This document shows, in pieces, positions 17,914 to 26,609 of a DNA stretch of 46,702 bases; the first letter of the stretch is position 1, and every line of letters begins with the position of its first letter. The stretch comes from a virus. Its lineage: Duplodnaviria > Heunggongvirae > Uroviricota > Caudoviricetes > Straboviridae. The stretch is from the IMG/VR virus record IMGVR_UViG_2974557979_000001. One strand, 5' to 3'. Both the position numbers and the translations under genes were made by a program. The notes under the pieces are model-generated. The model was not told the DNA's origin. It made no database searches and worked only from the letters and a program-made list of their open reading frames with translations.

Positions 17914-18241
17914 TTTCCCAGCTATACAATAATGTTGATTCGTTAGGGTAGAATTCCCATCCGTCTACATATCCGGTTTCCCAGTCAGTAGTTTGTTCAA
18001 AACCACAGATCCATTCATATACACCAGGAGGCATTTCGACAGAATCAGGAAGCCCGATATCTTCCGCGCTGCGTCCACATTCAAAGAATGCATCATGAAT
18101 GAATGGTCGAGATAATACCGTAACATAACCTTCATCGTCAACAGCTACGATCCAGCGCGAACTGTGAGGACTATCGAACTTCGGTTCTTCTTCGTCTGCG
18201 TCAGCTTGCATTTCTGCCTTACAAAAATCTAAATTTATCAT
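17849..18241 (-). CDS. acidic hypothetical protein
   Basis: 130 aa; ATGA-coupled upstream; the last 65 nt overlap the MTase start in another frame. Confidence 0.7.
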   Translation of the reverse strand: MINLDFCKAEMQADADEEEPKFDSPHSSRWIVAVDDEGYVTVLSRPFIHDAFFECGRSAEDIGLPDSVEMPPGVYEWICGFEQTTDWETGYVDGWEFYPNESTLLYSWENGKVNESGNQETQSDNGSGSL

Positions 18242-18474
18242 TTCAAACCCTCTTTAACACCCTCTTTCATGGCTTTCCAGGTAGAACCTGCTTCACCATT
18301 CAGGGCGGCGAATACAAATAGTAAGATAGCAAGGACAAGATTCACACCAGCAATCACCATGATTTTGCTATACACGAAAATGTAAGGCATTGCCACCACC
18401 CACCAACTAAAAGAATTACCAGTTACGATGTTGAGTGCTGCAAGTAAGAAAGTGATAACGAATGCGATTTTCAT
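18238..18474 (-). CDS. small membrane protein with SWxxV..P motif
   Basis: Start reassigned to ATG 18474 behind AAGGAGG; FSWWVVAMP between hydrophobic helices. Confidence 0.75.
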   Translation of the reverse strand: MKIAFVITFLLAALNIVTGNSFSWWVVAMPYIFVYSKIMVIAGVNLVLAILLFVFAALNGEAGSTWKAMKEGVKEGLK

Positions 18475-18496
18475 AATGTCCTCCTTTGTTATGATT

Positions 18497-18525
18497 AAGG
18501 TATCATCTTTTTTGAAAGAATGCAA
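18497..18525 (-). promoter_or_regulatory. sigma70-type promoter
   Basis: TTGCAT(18525-18520)-17 bp-TACCTT(18502-18497) with extended TG. Confidence 0.7.
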
Positions 18526-18538
18526 TACCTATAGATAC

Positions 18539-18560
18539 AAAAAAGCCCCGAAAGGGGCTT
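18539..18560 (-). terminator. intrinsic terminator
   Basis: AAGCCCC-TTTC-GGGGCTT followed by TTTT on the minus strand. Confidence 0.8.
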
Positions 18561-18566
18561 AATTTT

Positions 18567-18821
18567 TTATGCGTTATTGATGAGATACCGAAGAACGTTT
18601 TTCGCTTGTTCCTCATTACAACCAACTTTGAAACCGGGTTCGATAGGGAGGAAGTTCCAGAGAAAATCAACACTTCCTTCAACGTCATCTTTGCCTTTTT
18701 CCAGCATCGCTAACAGCAAACCTTTGTTTTTGATGCTGTTTACGATTGCGTCAAAATAACCATCGCTGAAATCAACATTCGGGTTCAGCATTTCGTTGTA
18801 AGGGTTGTTGAATACGTTCAT
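18567..18821 (-). CDS. hypothetical protein
   Basis: 84 aa ORF with AAGGAG RBS and its own promoter. Confidence 0.75.
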   Translation of the reverse strand: MNVFNNPYNEMLNPNVDFSDGYFDAIVNSIKNKGLLLAMLEKGKDDVEGSVDFLWNFLPIEPGFKVGCNEEQAKNVLRYLINNA

Positions 18822-18865
18822 TTTGAATCTCCTTTGTTTAACTCAGTATCTTGTCTACGTGAGTT

Positions 18866-18893
18866 ATATTACCACAATGGAGATTCAGGTCAA
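18866..18893 (-). promoter_or_regulatory. sigma70-type promoter, 16-bp spacer
   Basis: TTGACC(18893-18888)-16 bp-TAATAT(18871-18866) with extended TG. Confidence 0.65.
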
Positions 18894-18900
18894 TACCTTT

Positions 18901-19170
18901 TTACGATTTTTTGAAAAGTTTTTCGTATTTGGCTTTTACCCAGCGATACATATCTTCGGCCTTGTCACTGGCAATCAGTGAGAACAGCAGATAGATCGCA
19001 ACACCCACCAACACAACGCCTACTACAATGTAGACGGGTAATAGAACTGGGAAGAGAACCCAGAACCATGACATATGCGAGAAGCCAAATACTTTAGCCG
19101 CTGCAAAAATCAGTGTCAGTCCAGTCAGAAGTTTGATAGCCGGAATCGGAATCGTTATAGTCTTAGTCAT
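18901..19170 (-). CDS. small membrane protein with SWxWV..P motif
   Basis: LTLIFAAAKVFGFSHMSWFWVLFP followed by a long hydrophobic helix. Confidence 0.78.
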   Translation of the reverse strand: MTKTITIPIPAIKLLTGLTLIFAAAKVFGFSHMSWFWVLFPVLLPVYIVVGVVLVGVAIYLLFSLIASDKAEDMYRWVKAKYEKLFKKS

Positions 19171-19213
19171 TTCATTACCTTACATTCTTTATGGGGCTAT
19201 TCGCCCCAGTCAA

Positions 19214-20650
19214 TTAAAATTGAATGTCAGATTTTGCAATCTGTGCCATTTTTTCACGTCGGGTAGATTCAGCCTGTTTAATCATCGGGCCTTGTGTCTG
19301 TTCTACTGTTTTAGGCATAGTGTTGCCGTGGTAGTCAGATTTAAACCCGTATTCGCTGTTGTCGGTATCCATCCAGCGCTGATTACCTTTTCGAACTTCC
19401 AACTTGAACTTGTTGAAAGTGTTCTTATCGCCATAACGGGATTTGATTTGCTTGAACAGTTGCATACCCTGATCAGCTAACTCTTCCGTCTCGATTACAG
19501 CTAACATAAAATCAGCCGTAGCAGGTAAACCAGCGGATTCCGCAACATCACCCATACTCACATCCGAACTATCCCATGCAGAACGCCCAACCTGTGCGCC
19601 TGTCCACATCACGGTATTAGTTTCAACAGCAAGACCGCGTAGTTCTTCGGCAATTGCTTTAACCAGAATATAGGTATTTTCAGCACCTTTAACACGGGTT
19701 GAAGTACAGATCCCCAGGTAATCGACAATGATCACATCCGGCACAAACTGTTTCTTCAATTTAAGCTCTTTCACAAGCGCTCTAAAGTGGTTTGCACCTG
19801 CACCCGATGTAGGGTACTGCTTGACCACCAAACGCCCAACCTTACCCGCTTTAAGGCGCTCCATTTTGTTCTTATAGTCTGCGTATGTAATGTTACCTTC
19901 GTCGATGTCATCCATAGTCACATCAAGAAGGTTAGCATCGATACGCTTAGAGCAAACATGCTCTGCCATTTCCATAGAAATGTAAAGAACGTTTTTACCC
20001 TGTTGCAGATAATCAGCCGCAAGAGAACATAAGCCCAGTGATTTACCAACGTTAACACCAGCCATGATGATATTCAGTGTACCACGTTCCGCGCCGCCTT
20101 TGGTGATTGCGTTCAGGATCGGGATACCAAACGGAATTTTCATCGCCTTCGATTGGTAAAGCATCCACCGTTTTTCATAATCTTCGAAATAGTCATGACC
20201 TACCGAACTATCGAATGAAATTGCTAATGCTTCCTCCATGATTTCAGGGATAGCCCCAACACCAGGAAGTTTCTTGTTCTGTTCTGCCAGTGGTTTTTCT
20301 GCGTTCGCCTGGATTTCGATTGCACGAGAAAGAGCACGATACATTGCTTTGTCTTTGCAATATGTTTCCGTTTCCTTCATTAGCCAATCTAAATCTTCTG
20401 GCGCATTTTTCAGCGACTGAATCGCCTTTTTCGTGTCTTCGTAGACTACATCACTTAGATTTCGTTTGTCAAGCGCAACCTCTAAAGCAGTTTTTGACGG
20501 AATGCCGTTGAATTCCTGTACATGTTTATCAATGAGGTCAAACAAAACTTGTGCATTGCCTTCAAAATATTCCTTTTTCAGATGAGGCCATGCTTGGACA
20601 AAATATGTCCCGTTATAAATCAGGTTAGAAAATATTGTATCAACGATCAT
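19214..20650 (-). CDS. 41: replicative DNA helicase gp41
   Basis: AGVNVGKS Walker A, ISMEM, VDYLGIC, ESAGLPATADF, KSRYGD. Confidence 0.96.
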   Translation of the reverse strand: MIVDTIFSNLIYNGTYFVQAWPHLKKEYFEGNAQVLFDLIDKHVQEFNGIPSKTALEVALDKRNLSDVVYEDTKKAIQSLKNAPEDLDWLMKETETYCKDKAMYRALSRAIEIQANAEKPLAEQNKKLPGVGAIPEIMEEALAISFDSSVGHDYFEDYEKRWMLYQSKAMKIPFGIPILNAITKGGAERGTLNIIMAGVNVGKSLGLCSLAADYLQQGKNVLYISMEMAEHVCSKRIDANLLDVTMDDIDEGNITYADYKNKMERLKAGKVGRLVVKQYPTSGAGANHFRALVKELKLKKQFVPDVIIVDYLGICTSTRVKGAENTYILVKAIAEELRGLAVETNTVMWTGAQVGRSAWDSSDVSMGDVAESAGLPATADFMLAVIETEELADQGMQLFKQIKSRYGDKNTFNKFKLEVRKGNQRWMDTDNSEYGFKSDYHGNTMPKTVEQTQGPMIKQAESTRREKMAQIAKSDIQF

Positions 20651-20659
20651 TGTATTGCC

Positions 20660-20980
20660 TTATACCAGGTTGCTGAACATCATGAAAAAGTTGTAAACCT
20701 TTTGTTTGAATACATCCCATAATGTCAGCTTAGGCTTTGGGACAACTGAACCCTTTTCAAGCTCTTTAATCTGTGCATAAATTGCATCATGCACCAGCGG
20801 GATCAACGCTTCTTTGTCTTCGTCTGGGGTACTGAATTCTACTTTCAGACCATGATCCCAAAACACCTTATGAATATAAACCAGATGCGCAACACCTTTT
20901 TCATCGTTAATCAGAAGTTCCTGAATAACATCTTTCATCGCTTCATCAATATAATTCTTTGCTTTGCTCTCGATATCCAT
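20660..20980 (-). CDS. 40: head vertex assembly chaperone gp40
   Basis: VIQELLI...HLVYIH...VEFST...LVHDAIYAQI; located between uvsX and 41. Confidence 0.85.
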   Translation of the reverse strand: MDIESKAKNYIDEAMKDVIQELLINDEKGVAHLVYIHKVFWDHGLKVEFSTPDEDKEALIPLVHDAIYAQIKELEKGSVVPKPKLTLWDVFKQKVYNFFMMFSNLV

Positions 20981-21017
20981 ACATTGCCTCGGTTATGGGG
21001 CCGAAGCCCCATAGTTT

Positions 21018-22175
21018 TTATAAAATTTCGTTGTCTTCTTCGATATCATCAAATGATTCTGGGATATCGTCATCATCCAGATCAGGATCTGGGATGCTAT
21101 CAGTGCTGTATAAATCTTCCAGCGCGGAACCATCACTGATTTCACGATCAGGGATCTTATACTTTTCTTCGATAGCTTTCAAGAATGGTTGATGAGTAAA
21201 CAGAGGACGCCAGAATTCAACGCTATTTGTTTCTGACTCACGCCATTTCTTTTCTTCAACTTCGAGTTCGCCAGTCTCGGTATTCAGGAAAGCACGGTTG
21301 CGCCAGCCTTTGGTTACGGTCTGTACAAAGTTCATTTCCATTGCCAGATCCAGAAGGCCAGAATACATACTAATACCGCCTTCATAGGTAACATGCAGCG
21401 GGAATTTTGATTTCTCTTTCACGAATCGAGATTTTTCGATGTTCATGATGAAATCATAACCCACTACCTCAGTACCTTCTTTCACCTGTTGTTTACCCAG
21501 GATGATCGCGGTATCAGCGGAATACATTAAACCAGTACCACCGGAAATAACTTTCTTGCTGTACATTTCTTGTGTGTCATAGGTATGACAGATACAAACC
21601 ATCGGGATATCCAGGTCAGCCAAATAAGGCGTAACCATACGGAACATACCTTTTAATGCTTTTGCTCGCGTCATATCCTGTTTATCGTTATCAGACAGCG
21701 CGTCAGCAAGTTCTTTTTTACTTGCCGTGTTGCCTACTGAGTCAACGAATACAATCACCTTATCACCGCGTTCAAGCGCGTTAAGCTGGCTTACAACGTC
21801 ATTACGCAACTGCTCGACCGTCGTGATACGAGTATACACAACACGATCCGGATCAACACCCATTGATTTCAGATAGGATTTAGTAACACCTTTTTCTGAA
21901 TCGTAGAACAGGCACACAGCATCTTCATACGTTTTGAGATAAGCCGCTACAGTCAGCAAACCTAAGTTGGATTTGAAGTGTTTGGACGGGCCAGCGAAAA
22001 GGGTAAGACCAGAAGTTAGGCCACCGTTAAACGCACCGGACAACGCCAGATTCAGAATCGGCACACGGGTTCGCGTGATGGTAATATTGTTGAATACGTC
22101 GCTTTCAGAAAGTACAGATGCAGTTTGGCTATTCGAGTTTTTGATCAGTTTTTTTAGTAGTGCTTTGTTTGACAT
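21018..22175 (-). CDS. uvsX: RecA-like recombinase UvsX
   Basis: AGPSKHFKS P-loop, DSE, DSVGN, GGTGLMYSAD; acidic C-terminal tail. Confidence 0.96.
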   Translation of the reverse strand: MSNKALLKKLIKNSNSQTASVLSESDVFNNITITRTRVPILNLALSGAFNGGLTSGLTLFAGPSKHFKSNLGLLTVAAYLKTYEDAVCLFYDSEKGVTKSYLKSMGVDPDRVVYTRITTVEQLRNDVVSQLNALERGDKVIVFVDSVGNTASKKELADALSDNDKQDMTRAKALKGMFRMVTPYLADLDIPMVCICHTYDTQEMYSKKVISGGTGLMYSADTAIILGKQQVKEGTEVVGYDFIMNIEKSRFVKEKSKFPLHVTYEGGISMYSGLLDLAMEMNFVQTVTKGWRNRAFLNTETGELEVEEKKWRESETNSVEFWRPLFTHQPFLKAIEEKYKIPDREISDGSALEDLYSTDSIPDPDLDDDDIPESFDDIEEDNEIL

Positions 22176-22226
22176 TTAATTTTTCCGATTTATTCATTCT
22201 CATTCTATATATCTCACTAGTTAATG

Positions 22227-22242
22227 AAAGGGGCCGAAGCCC
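22227..22242 (-). terminator. UUCG hairpin / terminator after gene 43
   Basis: AGGGC-TTCG-GCCCTTT. Confidence 0.7.
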
Positions 22243-22249
22243 CTAGAGT

Positions 22250-24949
22250 TTACCAGTCACCGAACAGGTCGTTTAAACTGGCACGTTTTTCATAATCAAT
22301 TTTACATACTTCCGTGATATTAGTCAATGGACTAATAACATGTTTTTCAAACATACCCGGATAATCTACCCATGCCAGAATATCACTTTCGATCTCTGAC
22401 GGTAGTTTATTTCCGGATTGCCACGCGATGCAATCGGCTTGCCACGGGTTTTTATCCCTTAGTGGTAGAACCATTACCTTTTCACCTTCCATGATTGGCG
22501 TAACACCATCAATACCAGCAGTGAAACGGTTAAAGAACAGCACCCCTTTAATATGGTTTGGTGTTCCCTTGATTGGATAGCCAGCCCCATCACGATATTT
22601 CGAAATGTTGTTAGCAGATGATACACCAGCAATTTCCCTGTAGTCAAGTTCCTTATATTCTTCTTCGAACTTTTTATAATGTTCGTGCAAAGATAATTCA
22701 CCTTCTTGCAGGATACGGCGGATCGCTTCTTTCAGGAATACTTTCACAGAGGTCGGAGTACTCGATCGCTGTGTTTCCATACCCATGATTTTCAGTTTCG
22801 GTTTTTCATAGCGGGTTCCTTCGGAGTCCCACACGTTAGCCGCATATCGTTTTTTAGCAGTCCAGAAACTTCCCAACCCTTCGGAACCCAACGGAGGCCC
22901 AGAAATGATTTCACGATCCATAAACATCAGGTGTTCCACGTTGTTCATGTATTCGCAAAGTTCACGATACCCTTTATCGATCATCGGTTCCATTCTTTCT
23001 TTAGCAAAGCGATCCAGGAAGTCAACCCAATGGTTATTATCCTTAAATTTAGCCTCACCACCAACTTTTGCAATCACGTTATCCATGCAAACATAAATGG
23101 AGTCAGTGTCACAGTACCGAACATATGCATGATCCGTAGTACCGCACAGGTCGTTAAGGTATTCGTTTACCTTACGTTCAATCCACTGGATAGCCAACTG
23201 CCCGAACATGGTGATCGCGCTGGCGTTTCGCAGATCGAAGTATCGGAAATGTTCATTACCCAACGCACCATAAAGGGAGTTGATAGAAATCTTACGGTTA
23301 AGCTGTGCTGTGTTCGCTTGTGCGATCTTCTTCTCACACACGCGCTTAACTGCTTTAAGCATTTGTTTTGTAAGAGTTTTCAGAACTGCTTTCGATTCAT
23401 CACTGAAATCTGTATAGAAATCAAAGTCAGGATCGAACATTTGGTTATGTGCGTCTGTTAAGTGTTCGAGTTCGTGCTTGATGAGTTCAAGATTTCGCTC
23501 ACCCGCCATCATTCTTTTTTTCCACATCTTACGCTGATCAAATACTTTCTTGATCTCTACTGGGATCACGCCTTTGATATCACGGCGGAACATCCACCCG
23601 TTAGGAGAACAGCTAAATTCATCGCTAGGGCGCGGCGCGGTCTTATTAATATACTCTTCAAGAGCACGTACCGCAAAACTTCCCATAATCGTTTCAGGGC
23701 TTATATTCACCTGTCGGATGATGGAAGGGTACAGGCTTGTTAAGTCAAACGATACCATGTATTTGTAAGGCCCAGGAACTGGATCCTTCACAAATGCCCC
23801 AGGGTAAGGGGTTTTAGTATGGCGTCTGTTTTCCGGAATAACAACCTTATCTTCACGCAGAGAGTTATAAATGATCGCGTCCCACGTTTTCAGCGGAGAC
23901 ATAACCCCTGGGAAGTTAATTTTTGCATAGTACGCTACAGACAGAACCAGTTCAATAAAGTTTCGTTTACCGTCGATATCAAGTACGCGGATAACGTCAA
24001 CAATGTTGTACGTGATGTACAGTTGGTGATCGCGCTGGCGTAGTTCAGACAGGGAACCTTCATACTCAACTTTATTTTTACCAGTTTCGTATTCCGCGAT
24101 CGCGTCCAGACGGTAAGACGGTTGCGGGGTAAAGCTGAATTTCTTATACAGCGCCATACCATCCATTTGAGCAACGCCGAAAATATCATATCCTAATTGT
24201 TCGTTGCCGTAAGCGTCAGTAGTGGTTCTGGCGGTTACTTTACCAAATGGGCTAAAATGCCTTACCACGTTTTGACCGAAAATGTTCAGGTATCGCGTGA
24301 TGATATATGCAATATCGAATTTGTCAGAGTTCCATCCGGTTACAATAACAGGGGTTCGCTCTTTCCAATCTTTGATATACGCAGACAATAACGACTTCTC
24401 GGTCTGGAAAGACCGATAAACAATTTTGTTTAAATCTTCTTCGCTAATGTCTTTGCGATCAACGTTTTCCGCGCACCATTCCGCAAGGCCACCATCAACC
24501 AGATCGTATACATAGAATTTATCTTCAATGCTATCGTAATGGGTGATCGCATCGATTGGATATTTTGCTTCACGCGGATCCGGAAATTCTGGGGCGGTCA
24601 CCTCGATATCGATAGAAGCAATACGAATATGTTCGCGGTTGTATTCAATTTCATTCCGGTACATGTCAGAAATGTAAGCCAGTCGGTAATCATCCATACC
24701 TAGCGCTTCCATCCCAACATCGCGCATACGTTGCATCCAGTTTTTAGCTTCTTTGATGCTGTCAAACTGTTTTTTGAGGCAAGGCTTGCCGTAAATGTCT
24801 TTGTATGGGGTTTCTACGCCATTCATAGCGTGTTGATACATTACGGGCGCATATTTCGTCTTACGTACCTGTTCGGTGCCGTTAGAGTCAACGAAGCGCT
24901 CATAAATGGTATCTCCCATTTGTTCAACTGATAGGTAAAATTCATTCAT
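22250..24949 (-). CDS. 43: family B DNA polymerase gp43 (unsplit)
   Basis: DIE exonuclease motif, SFDLTSLYPS, KISINSLYG, YCDTDS, KKRY; 899 aa. Confidence 0.97.
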   Translation of the reverse strand: MNEFYLSVEQMGDTIYERFVDSNGTEQVRKTKYAPVMYQHAMNGVETPYKDIYGKPCLKKQFDSIKEAKNWMQRMRDVGMEALGMDDYRLAYISDMYRNEIEYNREHIRIASIDIEVTAPEFPDPREAKYPIDAITHYDSIEDKFYVYDLVDGGLAEWCAENVDRKDISEEDLNKIVYRSFQTEKSLLSAYIKDWKERTPVIVTGWNSDKFDIAYIITRYLNIFGQNVVRHFSPFGKVTARTTTDAYGNEQLGYDIFGVAQMDGMALYKKFSFTPQPSYRLDAIAEYETGKNKVEYEGSLSELRQRDHQLYITYNIVDVIRVLDIDGKRNFIELVLSVAYYAKINFPGVMSPLKTWDAIIYNSLREDKVVIPENRRHTKTPYPGAFVKDPVPGPYKYMVSFDLTSLYPSIIRQVNISPETIMGSFAVRALEEYINKTAPRPSDEFSCSPNGWMFRRDIKGVIPVEIKKVFDQRKMWKKRMMAGERNLELIKHELEHLTDAHNQMFDPDFDFYTDFSDESKAVLKTLTKQMLKAVKRVCEKKIAQANTAQLNRKISINSLYGALGNEHFRYFDLRNASAITMFGQLAIQWIERKVNEYLNDLCGTTDHAYVRYCDTDSIYVCMDNVIAKVGGEAKFKDNNHWVDFLDRFAKERMEPMIDKGYRELCEYMNNVEHLMFMDREIISGPPLGSEGLGSFWTAKKRYAANVWDSEGTRYEKPKLKIMGMETQRSSTPTSVKVFLKEAIRRILQEGELSLHEHYKKFEEEYKELDYREIAGVSSANNISKYRDGAGYPIKGTPNHIKGVLFFNRFTAGIDGVTPIMEGEKVMVLPLRDKNPWQADCIAWQSGNKLPSEIESDILAWVDYPGMFEKHVISPLTNITEVCKIDYEKRASLNDLFGDW

Positions 24950-24982
24950 TGGATCTTGTCTTCTCCATTAATATAATGTTCC

Positions 24983-25010
24983 ATTGTAACACCACCTACA
25001 ACAAATTCAA
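24983..25010 (-). promoter_or_regulatory. promoter for gene 43, 16-bp spacer
   Basis: TTGAAT(25010-25005)-16 bp-TACAAT(24988-24983) with extended TG. Confidence 0.65.
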
Positions 25011-25325
25011 GTTTACTCGATGTTCTAAAACCAACAAACCTTCTGCTAACAAGTCACGGATCTTTCTCAGTTGAACAAGCTGGCGTTCAAGTTTAAACCC
25101 ATCGAATAACATGCTGAAAATACTGGAATTTATACTATGATACTTTGCTTCTGCAATGCCCTGGTTAACCATCATAATAGCTTTGTTAACCAGTAGTTTC
25201 CTTTCCGCTACTGTATGTTCATCCAGTTGACAGGTTGCAAGGGAAACCAGATCATCATAAGCACGTTGATCAATAACGTTATCAATACGGGCCGCGAAAA
25301 TTTTATTCATGTAAGTGCGGATCAT
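24996..25325 (-). CDS. hypothetical protein
   Basis: 109 aa ORF, ATGA-coupled. Confidence 0.7.
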   Translation of the reverse strand: MIRTYMNKIFAARIDNVIDQRAYDDLVSLATCQLDEHTVAERKLLVNKAIMMVNQGIAEAKYHSINSSIFSMLFDGFKLERQLVQLRKIRDLLAEGLLVLEHRVNLNLL

Positions 25326-25609
25326 TGCGCGTCCTCCATTCTTTTCATAAAGACTTCTTTTGCTTGTTGGATCAAGTCCAGAGATTTTTTAATACGCTCA
25401 TAGAAATGAGTGGTTTCAACTTGATTGCATAACAATGTGTACTCTGAAATGTTACGATCGTAAAATCCAGGAAAGTAGTGTTGTGCATAGCTGTAAGTGC
25501 GGGTATCTGACAGATTGCAAGTTAACGATAACAAGATGTCATCTTTTACAATCGGGATGATCAAAGTTTCGTTGGATTTGATTGAATCCATGATTTCGTT
25601 AATAGTCAT
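25322..25609 (-). CDS. hypothetical protein
   Basis: 95 aa ORF with GAGGG RBS, directly after a promoter cassette. Confidence 0.75.
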   Translation of the reverse strand: MTINEIMDSIKSNETLIIPIVKDDILLSLTCNLSDTRTYSYAQHYFPGFYDRNISEYTLLCNQVETTHFYERIKKSLDLIQQAKEVFMKRMEDAQ

Positions 25610-25637
25610 AATATATCCCTCTCAATGGTGTACACCT

Positions 25638-25676
25638 AATATAACAAAGCCCTTGCACGAATGCAAGGGCTTTTTG
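25638..25676 (-). promoter_or_regulatory. sigma70-type promoter fused with terminator hairpin (PeSL-type cassette)
   Basis: TTGCAT(25666-25661)-17 bp-TATATT(25643-25638); the -35 lies in the perfect stem AAAGCCCTTGCA-TTCG-TGCAAGGGCTTT. Confidence 0.85.
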
Positions 25677-25677
25677 A

Positions 25678-26040
25678 TTAGTGACCGATCCGGTACTTGT
25701 ACTTGAGGATCCAATCTGCTTTTTGCGAGTGAGTCAGTACGCGGAAGTTGTTTTCTTCTGCAAACTTCAACCCAGTGGTTACAATCTTAACCATGCCCCA
25801 CTCTTCGAGAAGTCGCGCAATGTTGTTCCGGCGTAGTTCGTCTTCTTCCGTCATATCGACTTGACGACCATCAAGTTTCAACAGTTCTTTAAAATGCACG
25901 ATAAAATACTTACCTTGCTTTTTCAGAATGTGGCACGATTGCCAGAGCATTTTCTTTTTGTTGTTCGCAATACCAATACGGGTTAGCGTTTCACGGATCT
26001 TTAAAAAAGAATCGTCGCTGATTAGTTGAATTTCTAACAT
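25678..26040 (-). CDS. regA: translational repressor RegA
   Basis: DSFLKIRETLTRIGIAN...QSCHILKKQGKYFIVHFKELL..DG. Confidence 0.96.
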   Translation of the reverse strand: MLEIQLISDDSFLKIRETLTRIGIANNKKKMLWQSCHILKKQGKYFIVHFKELLKLDGRQVDMTEEDELRRNNIARLLEEWGMVKIVTTGLKFAEENNFRVLTHSQKADWILKYKYRIGH

Positions 26041-26043
26041 ACA

Positions 26044-26607
26044 TCACCATTGTTTAATCAATTTTTCCAATTTCTTTTGTTCAGCTTTGTTTTTCACAAT
26101 ACCCAACAAAGACAGAGCGACCTTTGCGTGTTTTCTTTTCCAATCCTCGAACATTCCGAGGTCTTTAAGTTCCTGCAAATATTCCATCGCTGTACGTGTA
26201 TTTACACTGTATTTTTCGCGAAGGATTTCGATAATAATTTTCTCTTCAAAATCTTCCGATAGTTTAGCCCATGCACCGAAGCGTTTAGCCTTCCTAACAG
26301 AGTTGAGATAATAGTTATAGTGCATTTGGTCAGAGATACTACCGCCTACCAGATTCATCACATAAGCGTTATATATCGTGTCTATGTGCTGGCTCATTGC
26401 GTTGTCTACAAAGTACTTATCATACACATCATCGATAACCAACGGAGTTTTACCGTTGTTGATTTCGTCTATGATGTTAAACAAGGTGTTTTCTTTATCC
26501 TTGCCGTACTCTTTGACCAGTTCTTCAACCTTATCCCAATCTTTAGAAAGCCAAGCGGATTCATGCGGGGATAACTCTTCTTCATCCAGAAATTCCGCCA
26601 GGCTCAT
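26044..26607 (-). CDS. 62: clamp loader small subunit gp62
   Basis: 187 aa; SDQMHYNYYLNSVRK..RFG.WAK; between 44 and regA. Confidence 0.93.
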   Translation of the reverse strand: MSLAEFLDEEELSPHESAWLSKDWDKVEELVKEYGKDKENTLFNIIDEINNGKTPLVIDDVYDKYFVDNAMSQHIDTIYNAYVMNLVGGSISDQMHYNYYLNSVRKAKRFGAWAKLSEDFEEKIIIEILREKYSVNTRTAMEYLQELKDLGMFEDWKRKHAKVALSLLGIVKNKAEQKKLEKLIKQW

Positions 26608-26609
26608 GA

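Noticed and set aside
22706-23461. 251-aa plus-strand ORF antisense to gene 43 (and similar antisense ORFs in rIIA, 44, 41, 46 and nrdB)
   Set aside because: Shadow ORFs expected from the codon bias of the real gene; no RBS or promoter, and low-information Phe/His/Ile-rich translations.
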